Notes under the pieces: generated by a model
The model's database searches: none
Told to the model about the DNA's origin: nothing
Seen by the model: only the letters and a program-made list of their open reading frames with translations
Source: Phycisphaera mikurensis NBRC 102666
GTDB taxonomy: Bacteria > Planctomycetota > Phycisphaerae > Phycisphaerales > Phycisphaeraceae
Length of the DNA: 32,000 nt
Reading direction: 5' to 3'
Assembly (NCBI RefSeq): GCF_000284115.1
Contig: NC_017080.1
Coordinates: forward strand, 600,001 to 632,000
Shown: positions 1 through 9,220 of the stretch, piece after piece
How the letters are laid out: every line of letters begins with the position of its first letter
How positions within the stretch are numbered: the stretch's first letter is position 1
Translations under genes and position numbers: made by a program

Positions 1-45
1 AAGGAGTTCATCAGCGGGCTGACCTCCGGCGCCGTGAAGGGCTGA
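1..45 (+). CDS. C-terminal tail of a gene truncated by the window edge (ends ...KEFISGLTSGAVKG*)
   Basis: Open frame 1 from base 1 to TGA at 43-45, co-oriented with the following cluster. Too short to identify. Confidence 0.4.
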   Translation, partial: KEFISGLTSGAVKG

Positions 46-98
46 GGCCGCGAGACGCCGGCCCGAAGAGGCGGTGGGCGACCGCGTAACCTCCGCCG

Positions 99-2603
99 AT
101 GCACGCGGCCCTCGATTGGCTTCTGGGCCTCGGCGGCGGGCTGTCGACCCGCGAGGGCGGCCTGGAGCTCCAGGCGGCGCTGCCGGCTTGGGCCTGGGTG
201 GCGGTGGTCGCGGCGGCGGCGGGGCTGGGCGTGCTGGCCTACCGCCGGGTGCCCGGCGCGGCCGCGCCGCGGGCCTTGGCCGCGGCCCTGCGGGCCCTCG
301 CGCTGCTCGCGGTGGTCGTGCTGCTCTGCGGCCCGAGCTGGATCCAGCGGCGCGAGAAGGTGGAGCCGGACCGGGTCGTGCTGCTGATCGACCGCTCGGC
401 GTCGCTGCTGACCGAGGACGCGGAGGCGCCGGCGTCGCTGGGTCTCGGCGACCGGGCCGATCCCGCGAGCGAGGCCCGCCGCTCGCGCGACGCGGCGCTG
501 CGGGAGCGGCTTGCCGCGGACGGCCCGGCGATCGCGGCGTTGGAGGGCCCGCGGCGGCGGGTGCGGTGGCTGGGCTTCGGCGGCGGCGTCTTCCCGCTGC
601 AGGGCGGAAGCGGGGGCGGGGGCGTGCCGGATCCGGGGCCGGCGGAGCGGGAGGCGACCGGCGTGCTCGCGGCGGTGCTCGAGGCGGCGGCGGACCCTTC
701 GGGCGCGCCGGTGGCGGCGGTGATCCTGATGTCCGACGGGCGCAGCCGCGAGGCCATCGGGCCGGCCGCGGAGGCGCGGCTGGCGGAGGCGGGCGTGCCG
801 GTCTTCGCCGTGCCGCTGGGCCCGGGCGGGGCCGCGCCCGACGCGTCGGTCGGACCCGTGGCCGCGCCGCCGCGGGCCTTCCGCGGCGACCGCGTGCCCG
901 TGAGCGTGGAGGTGCAGGGGCTGGCGAGCGTCCCGCCGGGCGCGGGGGTGGTGGTGCGGTTGCTCGAGCCGGCGCCCGGCGGCGCGGACGCGGCGCCGGC
1001 GGTGCTCGACGAGCGGCGGGTCGACGCGGCTTCGCTCGCCGCGGCCGGCGGACGCGTCCGGCTGCGGGGCCGGGCCGCCGAGCCGGGCCGGCGGGCGTGG
1101 GAGGTGCGGGTCGAGCCTCTCGACGGCGAGCGGAACACCGCGAACAACCACCGGCCCGTCGCCGTGGAGGTGCTCGACCGGCCGCTCCGGGTGCTCTACG
1201 CCGAGGGCCCGCCGCGGTGGGAGTACCGGTACCTCAAGAACCTGCTGCTGCGGGAGGCCTCCGTCGAGGTGAGCGTGCTGCTGTTCTCGGCGGACGCCGG
1301 CTTCGCGCCCGAGGGCGATGCACGCATCGGCCGCTTCCCGGTCGACGCCGCCGAGCTCGCGGCCTACGACGTGGTGGTGGTCGGCGACGTCGAGCCGGGC
1401 TACCTCTCCGAGGCGCAGGAGCGGCTGATCGTCGACCGCGTGAGCGACGGCGGGGCGGGCGTGCTGTTCATCGGCGGGCCGCGGCGGATGCCGGCGGCCT
1501 GGGCGGGCCGCCCGCTCGCGGCGCTGCTGCCGCTGGCCGATCCGGGTGCGGTGACGCGGGCGCCCGGCGAGGCCTTCGGCGTCCGCACCGGCCCGCTCGC
1601 GGAGTCGCTCGCCGTGCTGGACCTCGTGGGGGACGATGCCGCGGACCGCGAGGGGCTTCCGGCCCGCGAGGCCGCGGTCCGCGGCGTGCTGCCGCTGCCG
1701 GAGCTGCGGTACGCGCAGCGGCTCGGGCCGCTCAAGCCGCTGGCGGAGACGCTCGCCAGCTGGCAGCGGGTGGGGGACGGGTCCGGCTCCGGCGACGCAC
1801 CGGCCTCCGGCCCGCTGGTCGTGCGGATGCGGGCCGGGGCGGGGCAGGTGCTGTACACCGGCACCGACGACGCCTGGGCGTGGCGGCGCGGCGTGGGCGA
1901 ACGCTACCCGGAGCGGTACTTCCTGCAGATGATCCGGCTGCTCGGCCGCGGCGTCGCCGGCACCGGCGACGGGCCCGCGGAGCTCGCCGTCGCCGACCGG
2001 CGGCTGGTGCGTGGCGGGACCACGGCCGTGGAGCTGACGCTGCGGGCCGGCGGCGGCGGCGACCGGCTCGCGGGGGACGAGGTCGCGGTCGCGGTGCGGC
2101 GGCTGGATCCGGGAGACCCGGCCGGGGCCGAGGGCGTGCCGGTCGGCGAGCTGACGCTGCGGGCGGACCGGGGCAACGGGGGCGCTGGCCCGGGGCCGGG
2201 CTTTTCTGAGGAGGCGGGCGGGCCGGCCGGCGGGCTCCGCCGGCTGCGGGCGCTTTGGAGCCCGGAGCGGGCGGGGCGGTACCGGCTGGTCCCGACCGAT
2301 CCGACGCTCGCGGCTCTGGGCGTCGCGGCCGCGGCGGAGGTGGTCGCCGACGCCGACGAGCGGCGCGACACCGCCACCGACCACCCGAAGCTCGCGGCGA
2401 TCGCGGCGGCCACCGGCGGCCGCGTCGTCCCGCTCACGGGCCTGGGCTCTTTCGTCTCCGACGCGGGGAGCCTCCCCGGCGTCGCCCGCGTGACGCCCGA
2501 CGACCAGGCCGCCTCGCTCCGTCACGCCCCGCTCGCGCTGCTCGCGGTGCTGCTGCCGCTGTTCGGCGAGTGGCTCATCCGGCGGCGGTTGCGGCTGGCT
2601 TGA
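99..2603 (+). CDS. Large membrane protein with N-terminal transmembrane helices, VWA-like segment and GATase1-like segment
   Basis: 834 aa ORF. Two hydrophobic N-terminal segments (LPAWAWVAVVAAAAGLGVLAY, ALRALALLAVVVLLCG), then VVLLIDRSASLL (DxSxS, MIDAS-like) and a later VLYAEGPPRWEYRYLKNLL...YDVVVVGDVEPGYLS segment typical of the GATase1-like domain in these proteins. C-terminal hydrophobic segment LLALLAVLLPLFGEWLIRRRLRL. Confidence 0.8.
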   Translation: MHAALDWLLGLGGGLSTREGGLELQAALPAWAWVAVVAAAAGLGVLAYRRVPGAAAPRALAAALRALALLAVVVLLCGPSWIQRREKVEPDRVVLLIDRSASLLTEDAEAPASLGLGDRADPASEARRSRDAALRERLAADGPAIAALEGPRRRVRWLGFGGGVFPLQGGSGGGGVPDPGPAEREATGVLAAVLEAAADPSGAPVAAVILMSDGRSREAIGPAAEARLAEAGVPVFAVPLGPGGAAPDASVGPVAAPPRAFRGDRVPVSVEVQGLASVPPGAGVVVRLLEPAPGGADAAPAVLDERRVDAASLAAAGGRVRLRGRAAEPGRRAWEVRVEPLDGERNTANNHRPVAVEVLDRPLRVLYAEGPPRWEYRYLKNLLLREASVEVSVLLFSADAGFAPEGDARIGRFPVDAAELAAYDVVVVGDVEPGYLSEAQERLIVDRVSDGGAGVLFIGGPRRMPAAWAGRPLAALLPLADPGAVTRAPGEAFGVRTGPLAESLAVLDLVGDDAADREGLPAREAAVRGVLPLPELRYAQRLGPLKPLAETLASWQRVGDGSGSGDAPASGPLVVRMRAGAGQVLYTGTDDAWAWRRGVGERYPERYFLQMIRLLGRGVAGTGDGPAELAVADRRLVRGGTTAVELTLRAGGGGDRLAGDEVAVAVRRLDPGDPAGAEGVPVGELTLRADRGNGGAGPGPGFSEEAGGPAGGLRRLRALWSPERAGRYRLVPTDPTLAALGVAAAAEVVADADERRDTATDHPKLAAIAAATGGRVVPLTGLGSFVSDAGSLPGVARVTPDDQAASLRHAPLALLAVLLPLFGEWLIRRRLRLA

Positions 2604-2718
2604 GCGGGCGGCGGCGCCGGTTGGACCACCCCGGCCCGGGTGGCCCCGCACGCACCGCCGTGGCTCCCCGCTCCCTACGCTCGCGCGGTCGGCCTTCTTC
2701 CCGCGGAACCTGCACCAC

Positions 2719-5700
2719 GTGAGCCCGCAGATACAGCTCGAAGCGGTGCGGCGGCGGGCCCGTCGGCTGCTGGTCACGCGCCGGCTGGGGCAGGCGGTGG
2801 CGGCGGCGGTGGGGGTCGCGCTCGCGCTGGGCGTGCTCGACTACCTGCTGCGGCTGCCGGGCTGGCTGCGGCTGGGGATCGCGGTGGCCGTCGCGGCGGG
2901 CGCGGCGTGGTGGGTGGCGACGCGGCTGGGCCGGGCGTGGCGCTTCGCCCCGACGCTGCCGGAGCTGGCGCTGCGGGCCGAGGCCCGCTTCCCCGCGATG
3001 CGAGGCGTGCTCGCCGGCGGGCTGGAGCTCGCCACGACGGGGGGGGCGCTGGCCGCGGCGTCGGCCGCGCGGGCGCGGGAGGCCGCCGCGGGCACGCCCT
3101 TCCACGAGCTGGTGGAGCCGCGGCCGGCGCGGCGGGCGGCCGGGCTGGGCCTTGCCGCCGCGCTGGCGGGGGCCGGCCTGGTGGCGCTGGCGCCGGCGGC
3201 CGCCGCGACCGCGGCCGCGCGGTGGCTGCACCCGCTCGGCGACGCCGCCTGGCCGCTGCGGCACGCGGTTTCGCTCGCGCCGCTGCCGGCGGTGCTGCCG
3301 GCGTCGCAGGAGCTCGCCCTCCGCGCCGCGGTGGAGGGGCCTTCGGCGGCGGGGCTCCGCGTCTGGGCGGAGGCCCGCTTCGAGGAGGCGGGCTCCGGCC
3401 GCGCGATCGCCCGCACGCGGACGCTGATGCCGGCGGTCGAGGCCGGTGCCGGGGTCGAGGCCGCGTCGGCCGGCGGCCCGGTGCCCTTCGCGGCGCGTGT
3501 GCCGCTCCCGCCGGAGGTTGCCGCGGCGCTGGCTTCGGGGAGCGCCGCGGGTGTCGTCGCCTCCGTGCGGGTCGTCGCGGGCGACGGGGCGTCCGAGCCG
3601 CAGGAGCGGCCCGTCCGCGAGCGGCCCCGGCCGGCGTCCGCCGCGGCGACCGTCTCGCCGCCGGCTTGGGCCGCGGGCCTGGTGCCGGAGGCCGCGGTCG
3701 CTCTCGACGCGGAGGCGGAGCGGCTGGGCCGGGTGGCGGCGCTGGCGGGCTCGGGCGTCGAGCTGGCGATCGGCTTCAGCCGCCCGCTGCCGGCGGGGAC
3801 GCTCCGCGGCGCGGCGCCGGCGCTGGCCGGGCTGCCCGCGGGCGGCGTCGTGGAGCCGCGCCCGGCGTCCGCCGATCCCGCCGACGGGCTGCTGGCCCGC
3901 TTCCCGCTCGCGGCGGACGCCCGCGTCACGCTCCGCCTCCGTGACGGCGATGCCGACGCGCCGGCGACCCTTCAGGACGCCGTGCCGCGGACGCTGGACC
4001 TGGTCGCCCGGCCCGACGACCCGCCGCGAGCCCGGGTCTCCGGGCCCGCGGCCGACGGCTCCGTGCTCGCCACGGCCGTGCTCCCGGTCGCGGCGGCGGG
4101 CTCGGACGACCTCGCGCTGCTGGGCCTGTCGCTCGAGGCCGCGGCGGAGCGTGGCGGCGCGGCCGATACGCCGAGGGTGCTCGCCGAGTCCGCCTCGGTC
4201 GGCCGCGAGCTGGAGGCGGCGGGCGAGATCGACCTGGCGGCCTTCGGGGTCGGGCCCGGCGACGCGGTGGTGCTGCACGCCGTGGCCCGGGCCCCCGGCC
4301 CCGGCGGCGTGGTGGAGACCCGCTCCGCCCCGCGGACGCTGCGGATCGTCGACGCCTCCACGCTGCTCGCCGAGGTGCGCCGGGAGGTGGCCGCGGTGCG
4401 GCGGGAGGCCCGCGGGCTCGCCGCCGAGCAGGCCCGTCTGCGGGAGGCGGAGGACGCCGAACCGGCCTCGGCCGCTTCGCGGCAGGCCCGCCTCGCGCGG
4501 GCCGTCGAGGCCGCCCGGGCCCGACTCGACGCCGTGGCCGACCGGCTGCGGGCCAACCGGGCGGACGAGCCGGGGCTGGTCGCGACGCTGGAGGCGGCGG
4601 GCGAGCGGCTGGCCCAAGCGGCCGAAGCGGCGGGCGCCGCGGGCGAGGCGATGGCCGACCCCGCCGCCGCGGCGCCGGAGCAGCGGGAGGCCGAGGCCGA
4701 ACTCCAAGCCGCGGCCGACCTGCTCGACGCCGGCGGCGACGCGGCGGCGCTGCGGCTGGACGCCCGCGCCCTCGCCGACGCCCAGCGGGCGCTCCGCGCC
4801 GAGGCGGCCCGCCTGCTCCCCGAGACCGCCGGCCGCTCACCGGAGCAGCTGACGCCGGAACAGCGTGAAGCGGTCGAGGCGCTCGCCCGCGAGCAGGAGG
4901 CGCTGGCCGAGCGGGCGCAGGAGCTGCTCGACAAGCTGCGCGAGGCTTCGGCCGACCCCGGCTCCACCGACGCGGAGCGGGCCGCCTCCGCCGCCATGGC
5001 CGAGGCCGCGCAGGCGGCGGCGCAGGCCGGGCTGACCGCCGCGATGGACGGCGCCGCCGAAGCGGCCGCCGAGAACCAGCTCGCCGGCGCGGGCGAGGCG
5101 CAGGACGCGGCGCTGGAGGCGCTCGGCCGCGTGCTCGAGGCCTTCGAGGGGCAGGAGCGACGCCGGCGGGAGCTGCTGCAGGCCCGCCTGGCCGGGCTGG
5201 TCGAGCGGGTCGAGCGGCTGCGGGCGGACGCCGCCGCGGAGGAGGCCAAGCTCGACGCGGGGCCCACGGCCGCCGCGCTGGTCGCGCTCGCGGAGCCGCT
5301 GTCATCGGTGTGGGAACGCTCGCTGGCGCTCTCCGGCGACGCCGGCGCCGAGCGCGAGACCGAGCCCGCGGTGGCTCCCTTGGACAGGGCGGCGGCCGCC
5401 CAGGCCCGCGGCATCGCCGGGCTCCGCGCCGCCACCGCGGTGCCCGCGCGGGCGGCTCAACGCGAGGGCATCGCCGGGCTCGACGAGGCCCTCGCCACGC
5501 TCAAGCGGCTCGCGGAAGCGCAGCGGGCCGAAGACGAGGCGGAGCGGGAAGCGAGGCTGCGCGGGCTGTACGCGGCGCTGGCCGATCGGCAGGACGCACT
5601 CGCCGACGCGGTGGACCCGCTCGCCGGCGAGCCCGCCCCCGACCGCCGGGCCCGCGCCACGCTGCGCGGCTTCGCGGCGCCGCAGGAGGCGATGGCGGGG

Positions 5701-6201
5701 GAGGCCGACGCGCTGGAGCAACGCGCCGGCGAGGGCGCCATCTTCGCCGCGGTGCACGCCGACGTGGAGGACGCGATGACCCGCGCCGCCGCCCGCCTCC
5801 GCGCCGGCGACGCGCTCGGCTCGGTCTCGGCCGACCAGCGGTCCGCCGCGGCGGGGCTGCGCGCGATGGCGGACGCGCTGGTGCCGCCGCCGCCGAAGAA
5901 CGACTTCGCCGAGGGCGGGGGCGGGGCGGGCGGCGGCGGCGGCGGCGCTCCGCCGCCGGACGTGCCCTCCGCCGCGCAGGTGAAGCTGCTGCGCGGGATG
6001 CAGGCCCGCCTCCTCGCCGACGCCTCCGCGCTGCGGGCACCCGGGGCCGCGCCGGCGGACGCCGCCACGGGCCGCGACCTCGCCGCCCGTCAGCGCCGCC
6101 TGCTCGACCTGGGCCGCGCCCTCGCCGAGCAGGTCCGGCAGCAGAACCCCGGTCCTGCCGGTTCCGCCGATCCCCCCGCCGCCGACGGAGACACCCCCTG
6201 A
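2719..6201 (+). CDS. Very large membrane-anchored coiled-coil protein, function unknown
   Basis: 1160 aa ORF with two hydrophobic helices near the N-terminus (LGQAVAAAVGVALALGVLDYLL, LRLGIAVAVAAGAAWWVA), long Ala/Glu/Arg-rich heptad-like regions and a Gly/Pro linker (GGGGAGGGGGGAPPPD). Confidence 0.8.
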   Translation: MSPQIQLEAVRRRARRLLVTRRLGQAVAAAVGVALALGVLDYLLRLPGWLRLGIAVAVAAGAAWWVATRLGRAWRFAPTLPELALRAEARFPAMRGVLAGGLELATTGGALAAASAARAREAAAGTPFHELVEPRPARRAAGLGLAAALAGAGLVALAPAAAATAAARWLHPLGDAAWPLRHAVSLAPLPAVLPASQELALRAAVEGPSAAGLRVWAEARFEEAGSGRAIARTRTLMPAVEAGAGVEAASAGGPVPFAARVPLPPEVAAALASGSAAGVVASVRVVAGDGASEPQERPVRERPRPASAAATVSPPAWAAGLVPEAAVALDAEAERLGRVAALAGSGVELAIGFSRPLPAGTLRGAAPALAGLPAGGVVEPRPASADPADGLLARFPLAADARVTLRLRDGDADAPATLQDAVPRTLDLVARPDDPPRARVSGPAADGSVLATAVLPVAAAGSDDLALLGLSLEAAAERGGAADTPRVLAESASVGRELEAAGEIDLAAFGVGPGDAVVLHAVARAPGPGGVVETRSAPRTLRIVDASTLLAEVRREVAAVRREARGLAAEQARLREAEDAEPASAASRQARLARAVEAARARLDAVADRLRANRADEPGLVATLEAAGERLAQAAEAAGAAGEAMADPAAAAPEQREAEAELQAAADLLDAGGDAAALRLDARALADAQRALRAEAARLLPETAGRSPEQLTPEQREAVEALAREQEALAERAQELLDKLREASADPGSTDAERAASAAMAEAAQAAAQAGLTAAMDGAAEAAAENQLAGAGEAQDAALEALGRVLEAFEGQERRRRELLQARLAGLVERVERLRADAAAEEAKLDAGPTAAALVALAEPLSSVWERSLALSGDAGAERETEPAVAPLDRAAAAQARGIAGLRAATAVPARAAQREGIAGLDEALATLKRLAEAQRAEDEAEREARLRGLYAALADRQDALADAVDPLAGEPAPDRRARATLRGFAAPQEAMAGEADALEQRAGEGAIFAAVHADVEDAMTRAAARLRAGDALGSVSADQRSAAAGLRAMADALVPPPPKNDFAEGGGGAGGGGGGAPPPDVPSAAQVKLLRGMQARLLADASALRAPGAAPADAATGRDLAARQRRLLDLGRALAEQVRQQNPGPAGSADPPAADGDTP

Positions 6202-6908
6202 TGCGATCGTCCCTCGCCCTGTCGCTTGCGCTGCTCGCCCCGCTCGCGTGCCCGTCGCTGGCCCAGCCCTCGCTCGACGACCTGCTCGACCTCGCCCCCG
6301 CGCCCGAGGAGCCCCCGGACCCGACGCCGCAACCCGGGGCGGCGGACCTCTCGGACCTCGCCGGCCGGCTCGACCCGCCCGGCGACGCCGGCGACGCCTT
6401 CGCCCGCGCGCTGGACCGGATGGACGCCGCGGCGGGCCTGCTCGCGGAGGCGCCCGGCGGCCTCCCCGCCGCCCGCACCCAGCAGGAGGTGCTGGACCTG
6501 CTCGACGCCGTGCTCGCCGCCGCGACCTCCCCACCGCCGGGCGGGGGCGGCGGAGGCGGCGAGCCCGGCGATCCGCCGCCGCCCACCGACGGCGACGCTC
6601 CGCCGGGCGGGTCCCAGCCCGCCGGCCCGGCGCCCGGGCCGGCCGGCCCGCCCGCGCCGGGTCCGGCCTCGGCCGCGGCGGGCGAGAACGCCGGGGCGCC
6701 CTCGGCCGGCGCACCCGTCGCCGCGGAGCCGCGGGGCGGCCCGCTGGACGCGACCGCCGCGGGGTGGGGCGGGCTGCCCCCGCGACTGCGGGACGAGCTG
6801 ACCGATGGCCTCGACGAGCCCTTCAGCCCCGTCTACCGCGCCGCCACCGAGGACTACTACCGGCGGCTGTCGCGGCGGGCCGCCGCCACGCCGGAGGGCC
6901 AGCCGTGA
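6201..6908 (+). CDS. Secreted Pro/Gly-rich low-complexity protein, function unknown
   Basis: In-frame start ATG at 6201 (MRSSLALSLALLAPLACPSLAQP, signal-peptide-like), overlapping the upstream stop (TGATG). C-terminal YRAATEDYYRRLSRRAA. Confidence 0.7.
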   Translation: MRSSLALSLALLAPLACPSLAQPSLDDLLDLAPAPEEPPDPTPQPGAADLSDLAGRLDPPGDAGDAFARALDRMDAAAGLLAEAPGGLPAARTQQEVLDLLDAVLAAATSPPPGGGGGGGEPGDPPPPTDGDAPPGGSQPAGPAPGPAGPPAPGPASAAAGENAGAPSAGAPVAAEPRGGPLDATAAGWGGLPPRLRDELTDGLDEPFSPVYRAATEDYYRRLSRRAAATPEGQP

Positions 6909-7978
6909 ATCCGCGGACCGTCGCCCATTTCATCGTCGTCCTCGCGTGGTCCGCGGCGCCCGCGCTCGCGCAGCCGGCGGCGGACGCTCCCGCCGCCATC
7001 GAGGCCGACGCCCGCACGGCGCCCGCCGTGGCCCGCGGCCTCGCCTTCCTCGCGGGCGTTCAGCAGCCCGGCGGCGGCTTCCCCGACGGCGGGCAGGGCG
7101 AGAGCACCGGCATCACCGGCATCGCCGGGCTGGCCTTCCTCGCCGACGGCCACCTGCCCGGCCGCACCGGCTACGGCTTCGTCGTCGAGAACGCCGCCGC
7201 CTTCATCCTCGACAACGCCGGCCCCTCGGGCTTGATCGCCGCCGACACCTCGCACGGCCCGATGTACGGCCACGGCTACGCCACGCTGTTCCTCGCCGAG
7301 CTCATCGGCCAGCTCGGCGAGCCCGCCGGCCGCGTGGACGAGGCCCGGCTGCGGGCGGTGCTCGCCCGCGCCGTCCGGCTCATCGTCGACACGCAGAACC
7401 CCGAGGGCGGCTGGCGGTACCAGCCTCGCCCGCTGGATGCGGACATCTCCGTGACCATCACGCAGATCATGGCCCTGCGGGCGGCCCGCAACGCGGGGCT
7501 GGCGGTGCCGGTGCAGACGATCGAGCGGGCGATCGCGTACGTCAAGGCCTGCCAGGAGGACGGCCCGCTGAACCAGGGCGGCGGCGGTTTCCGCTACATG
7601 ACCTCGCCGGGCAGCGCCGCGTGGCCCCGCTCCGCCGCGGGCGTCGCCTCGCTGCAGTACGCCGGCGTGTACGGCGGCGACGAAGTCGAACGCGGGCTGG
7701 CCTACCTGGCCGCCTTCACGCCGCGGGGCGGCGGCAACGGCGGCTTCGGCGGCGGCCAGCCGCACTGGTTCTACGGGCACTACTACCACGCCCAGGCCGT
7801 CTTCCTCGCGGGTGGGAGCCACTGGACCAACTACTTCCCCGACGCGCGCGAGCAGATGCTCGCCGACCAGCAGGGCGACGGCTCGTGGCGCTCCAGCCAC
7901 GGCGAGGCGTACGCCACCGGCATGGCGCTGCTCGTGCTGCAGATGCCCAACCGGCTGCTCCCCATCTTCCAGCGGTGA
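6905..7978 (+). CDS. Secreted squalene-cyclase/prenyltransferase-like alpha/alpha-barrel repeat protein
   Basis: GTG start overlapping the previous stop (GTGA). Signal peptide-like ...FIVVLAWSAAPALAQP. Repeats of the type GLAFLAGVQQPGGGFPDGG, RLIVDTQNPEGGWRYQP, ADQQGDGSWRS; motif DADISVTITQIMALRAARNAG. Confidence 0.75.
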   Translation: MNPRTVAHFIVVLAWSAAPALAQPAADAPAAIEADARTAPAVARGLAFLAGVQQPGGGFPDGGQGESTGITGIAGLAFLADGHLPGRTGYGFVVENAAAFILDNAGPSGLIAADTSHGPMYGHGYATLFLAELIGQLGEPAGRVDEARLRAVLARAVRLIVDTQNPEGGWRYQPRPLDADISVTITQIMALRAARNAGLAVPVQTIERAIAYVKACQEDGPLNQGGGGFRYMTSPGSAAWPRSAAGVASLQYAGVYGGDEVERGLAYLAAFTPRGGGNGGFGGGQPHWFYGHYYHAQAVFLAGGSHWTNYFPDAREQMLADQQGDGSWRSSHGEAYATGMALLVLQMPNRLLPIFQR

Positions 7979-8010
7979 AGCCGCCGCCTCCCCGCCGCGT
8001 AGGGTCGCCG

Positions 8011-9198
8011 ATGCCCCGCTCCGCGTGCGTGATCCCGCTGCTCGTGTTCCTGCTCGCGGGCCCAGCGCGTGCGGCGCCGCTCGCGGCCGAGCTGCTCACG
8101 CCGGACCTGGAGCGTCGGGCGGTCGGGGTGCTCTCGGTCGCCGGCGGCCGGCTCCGCGCGGTCGACGGCGACCGCAACGCGACGGACAGCTCGCTGCGCG
8201 GCGTGGTGCGGCTGTCCTTCGGCGGGGTGGAAGGGGACCCCGACGCCCCGCCCGCGGGACCCCTCCCGGACGCGGGGCGCCGACCGCTCGCGGGGCATCT
8301 GATTCTCACCGACGGGCAGGTCCTCGCCGGCCGGCCCGCCGCGGAGGCGGGCGGGGGGGAGTCGCTCGCGTGGGCCCACCCGCGGCTGGGCCGGGTGGTC
8401 GTCCCGCTGGGGCGGGTGGCCTCGGTGAGCCTCGGGCCGGAGGCGGAGGGCGCGGCGCCGGGCCGCCCGCGGCCGCCGTCCGCCGACCGGCTGCGCCTGG
8501 CCAACGGCGACGCGCTCGTGGGCTTCGCCGTCTCCACCGACGCCGCGGGCGTCGCCTTTGAGCCCGAGGGCGGGGCGGCCGCAACCGTGCCCTGGGCCGC
8601 CGTCGCGGGCCTCCGGCTCGCCAACCCCGCCGCCGGCCCGCCCGCGGGCGATCTCGTGGAGCTTGCCGACGGCAGCCGCTTCGCCGCGTCCGCTCGCTTC
8701 GACGGAGCGGTCTGGACGCTGGCGGACCCGCTCCCGGGCCTGAGCCCGCCGGTCGCTGCGCTCCAGGACGTGGAGCCCGCGGCCGTGGTCGCGCTCGAAC
8801 CGGGCGCCTCGGGCCTCCGCCGGCTCGGCCTCGGCGGCGTGACGGTCGACGAGCCCGAGCCGGCCGTCGCGTTCGGCGTGCCCTTCCCCGCCCGCAGCGA
8901 CGGCGGCGTGCTGCGCCTGCACGCGCCCACGCGGGTCGTGCTCTCGGCGCCCGGCGTCGGGGTCCGCCGCGCCCGGGTGCGCCTCGCGTTGGACCCGGTC
9001 GCCGCCGCTTCACCGCTGGCCGCTCTCGAGGCCGACCTCGGCGGCCCGCCCGTCCGCCTCGACGCCGCCCGCCCCTCCGCGACGCTCGCCGCCGAGGGGG
9101 CCGGCCCGCTCGTCCTGACCCTCGCCGCGTCCGAGCACGGGCCGGTGCTCGACCGCGTCGTCGTGGAGTCGGTGGAGCTGCTGGTCGCGGCGGATTGA
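8011..9198 (+). CDS. Secreted protein of unknown function with repeated beta-rich modules
   Basis: In-frame ATG at 8011: MPRSACVIPLLVFLLAGPARAAPLA (signal-like). Internal modules LILTDGQVLAG..., LRLANGDALVG..., VELADGSRFAA... Confidence 0.65.
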   Translation: MPRSACVIPLLVFLLAGPARAAPLAAELLTPDLERRAVGVLSVAGGRLRAVDGDRNATDSSLRGVVRLSFGGVEGDPDAPPAGPLPDAGRRPLAGHLILTDGQVLAGRPAAEAGGGESLAWAHPRLGRVVVPLGRVASVSLGPEAEGAAPGRPRPPSADRLRLANGDALVGFAVSTDAAGVAFEPEGGAAATVPWAAVAGLRLANPAAGPPAGDLVELADGSRFAASARFDGAVWTLADPLPGLSPPVAALQDVEPAAVVALEPGASGLRRLGLGGVTVDEPEPAVAFGVPFPARSDGGVLRLHAPTRVVLSAPGVGVRRARVRLALDPVAAASPLAALEADLGGPPVRLDAARPSATLAAEGAGPLVLTLAASEHGPVLDRVVVESVELLVAAD

Positions 9199-9220
9199 GG
9201 CGTTCCACCGCCGGCACCGC

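Noticed and set aside
74-2209. 711 aa + strand ORF overlapping the 834 aa ORF
   Set aside because: Arg/Gly-saturated translation with no domain or hydrophobic pattern; out-of-frame shadow of the 99..2603 gene in high-G+C DNA.
3926-5435. Antisense ORFs of 459 and 487 aa, and + strand 3446..4852
   Set aside because: Low-complexity Arg/Pro/Ser-rich shadow frames of the 2719..6201 coding sequence.
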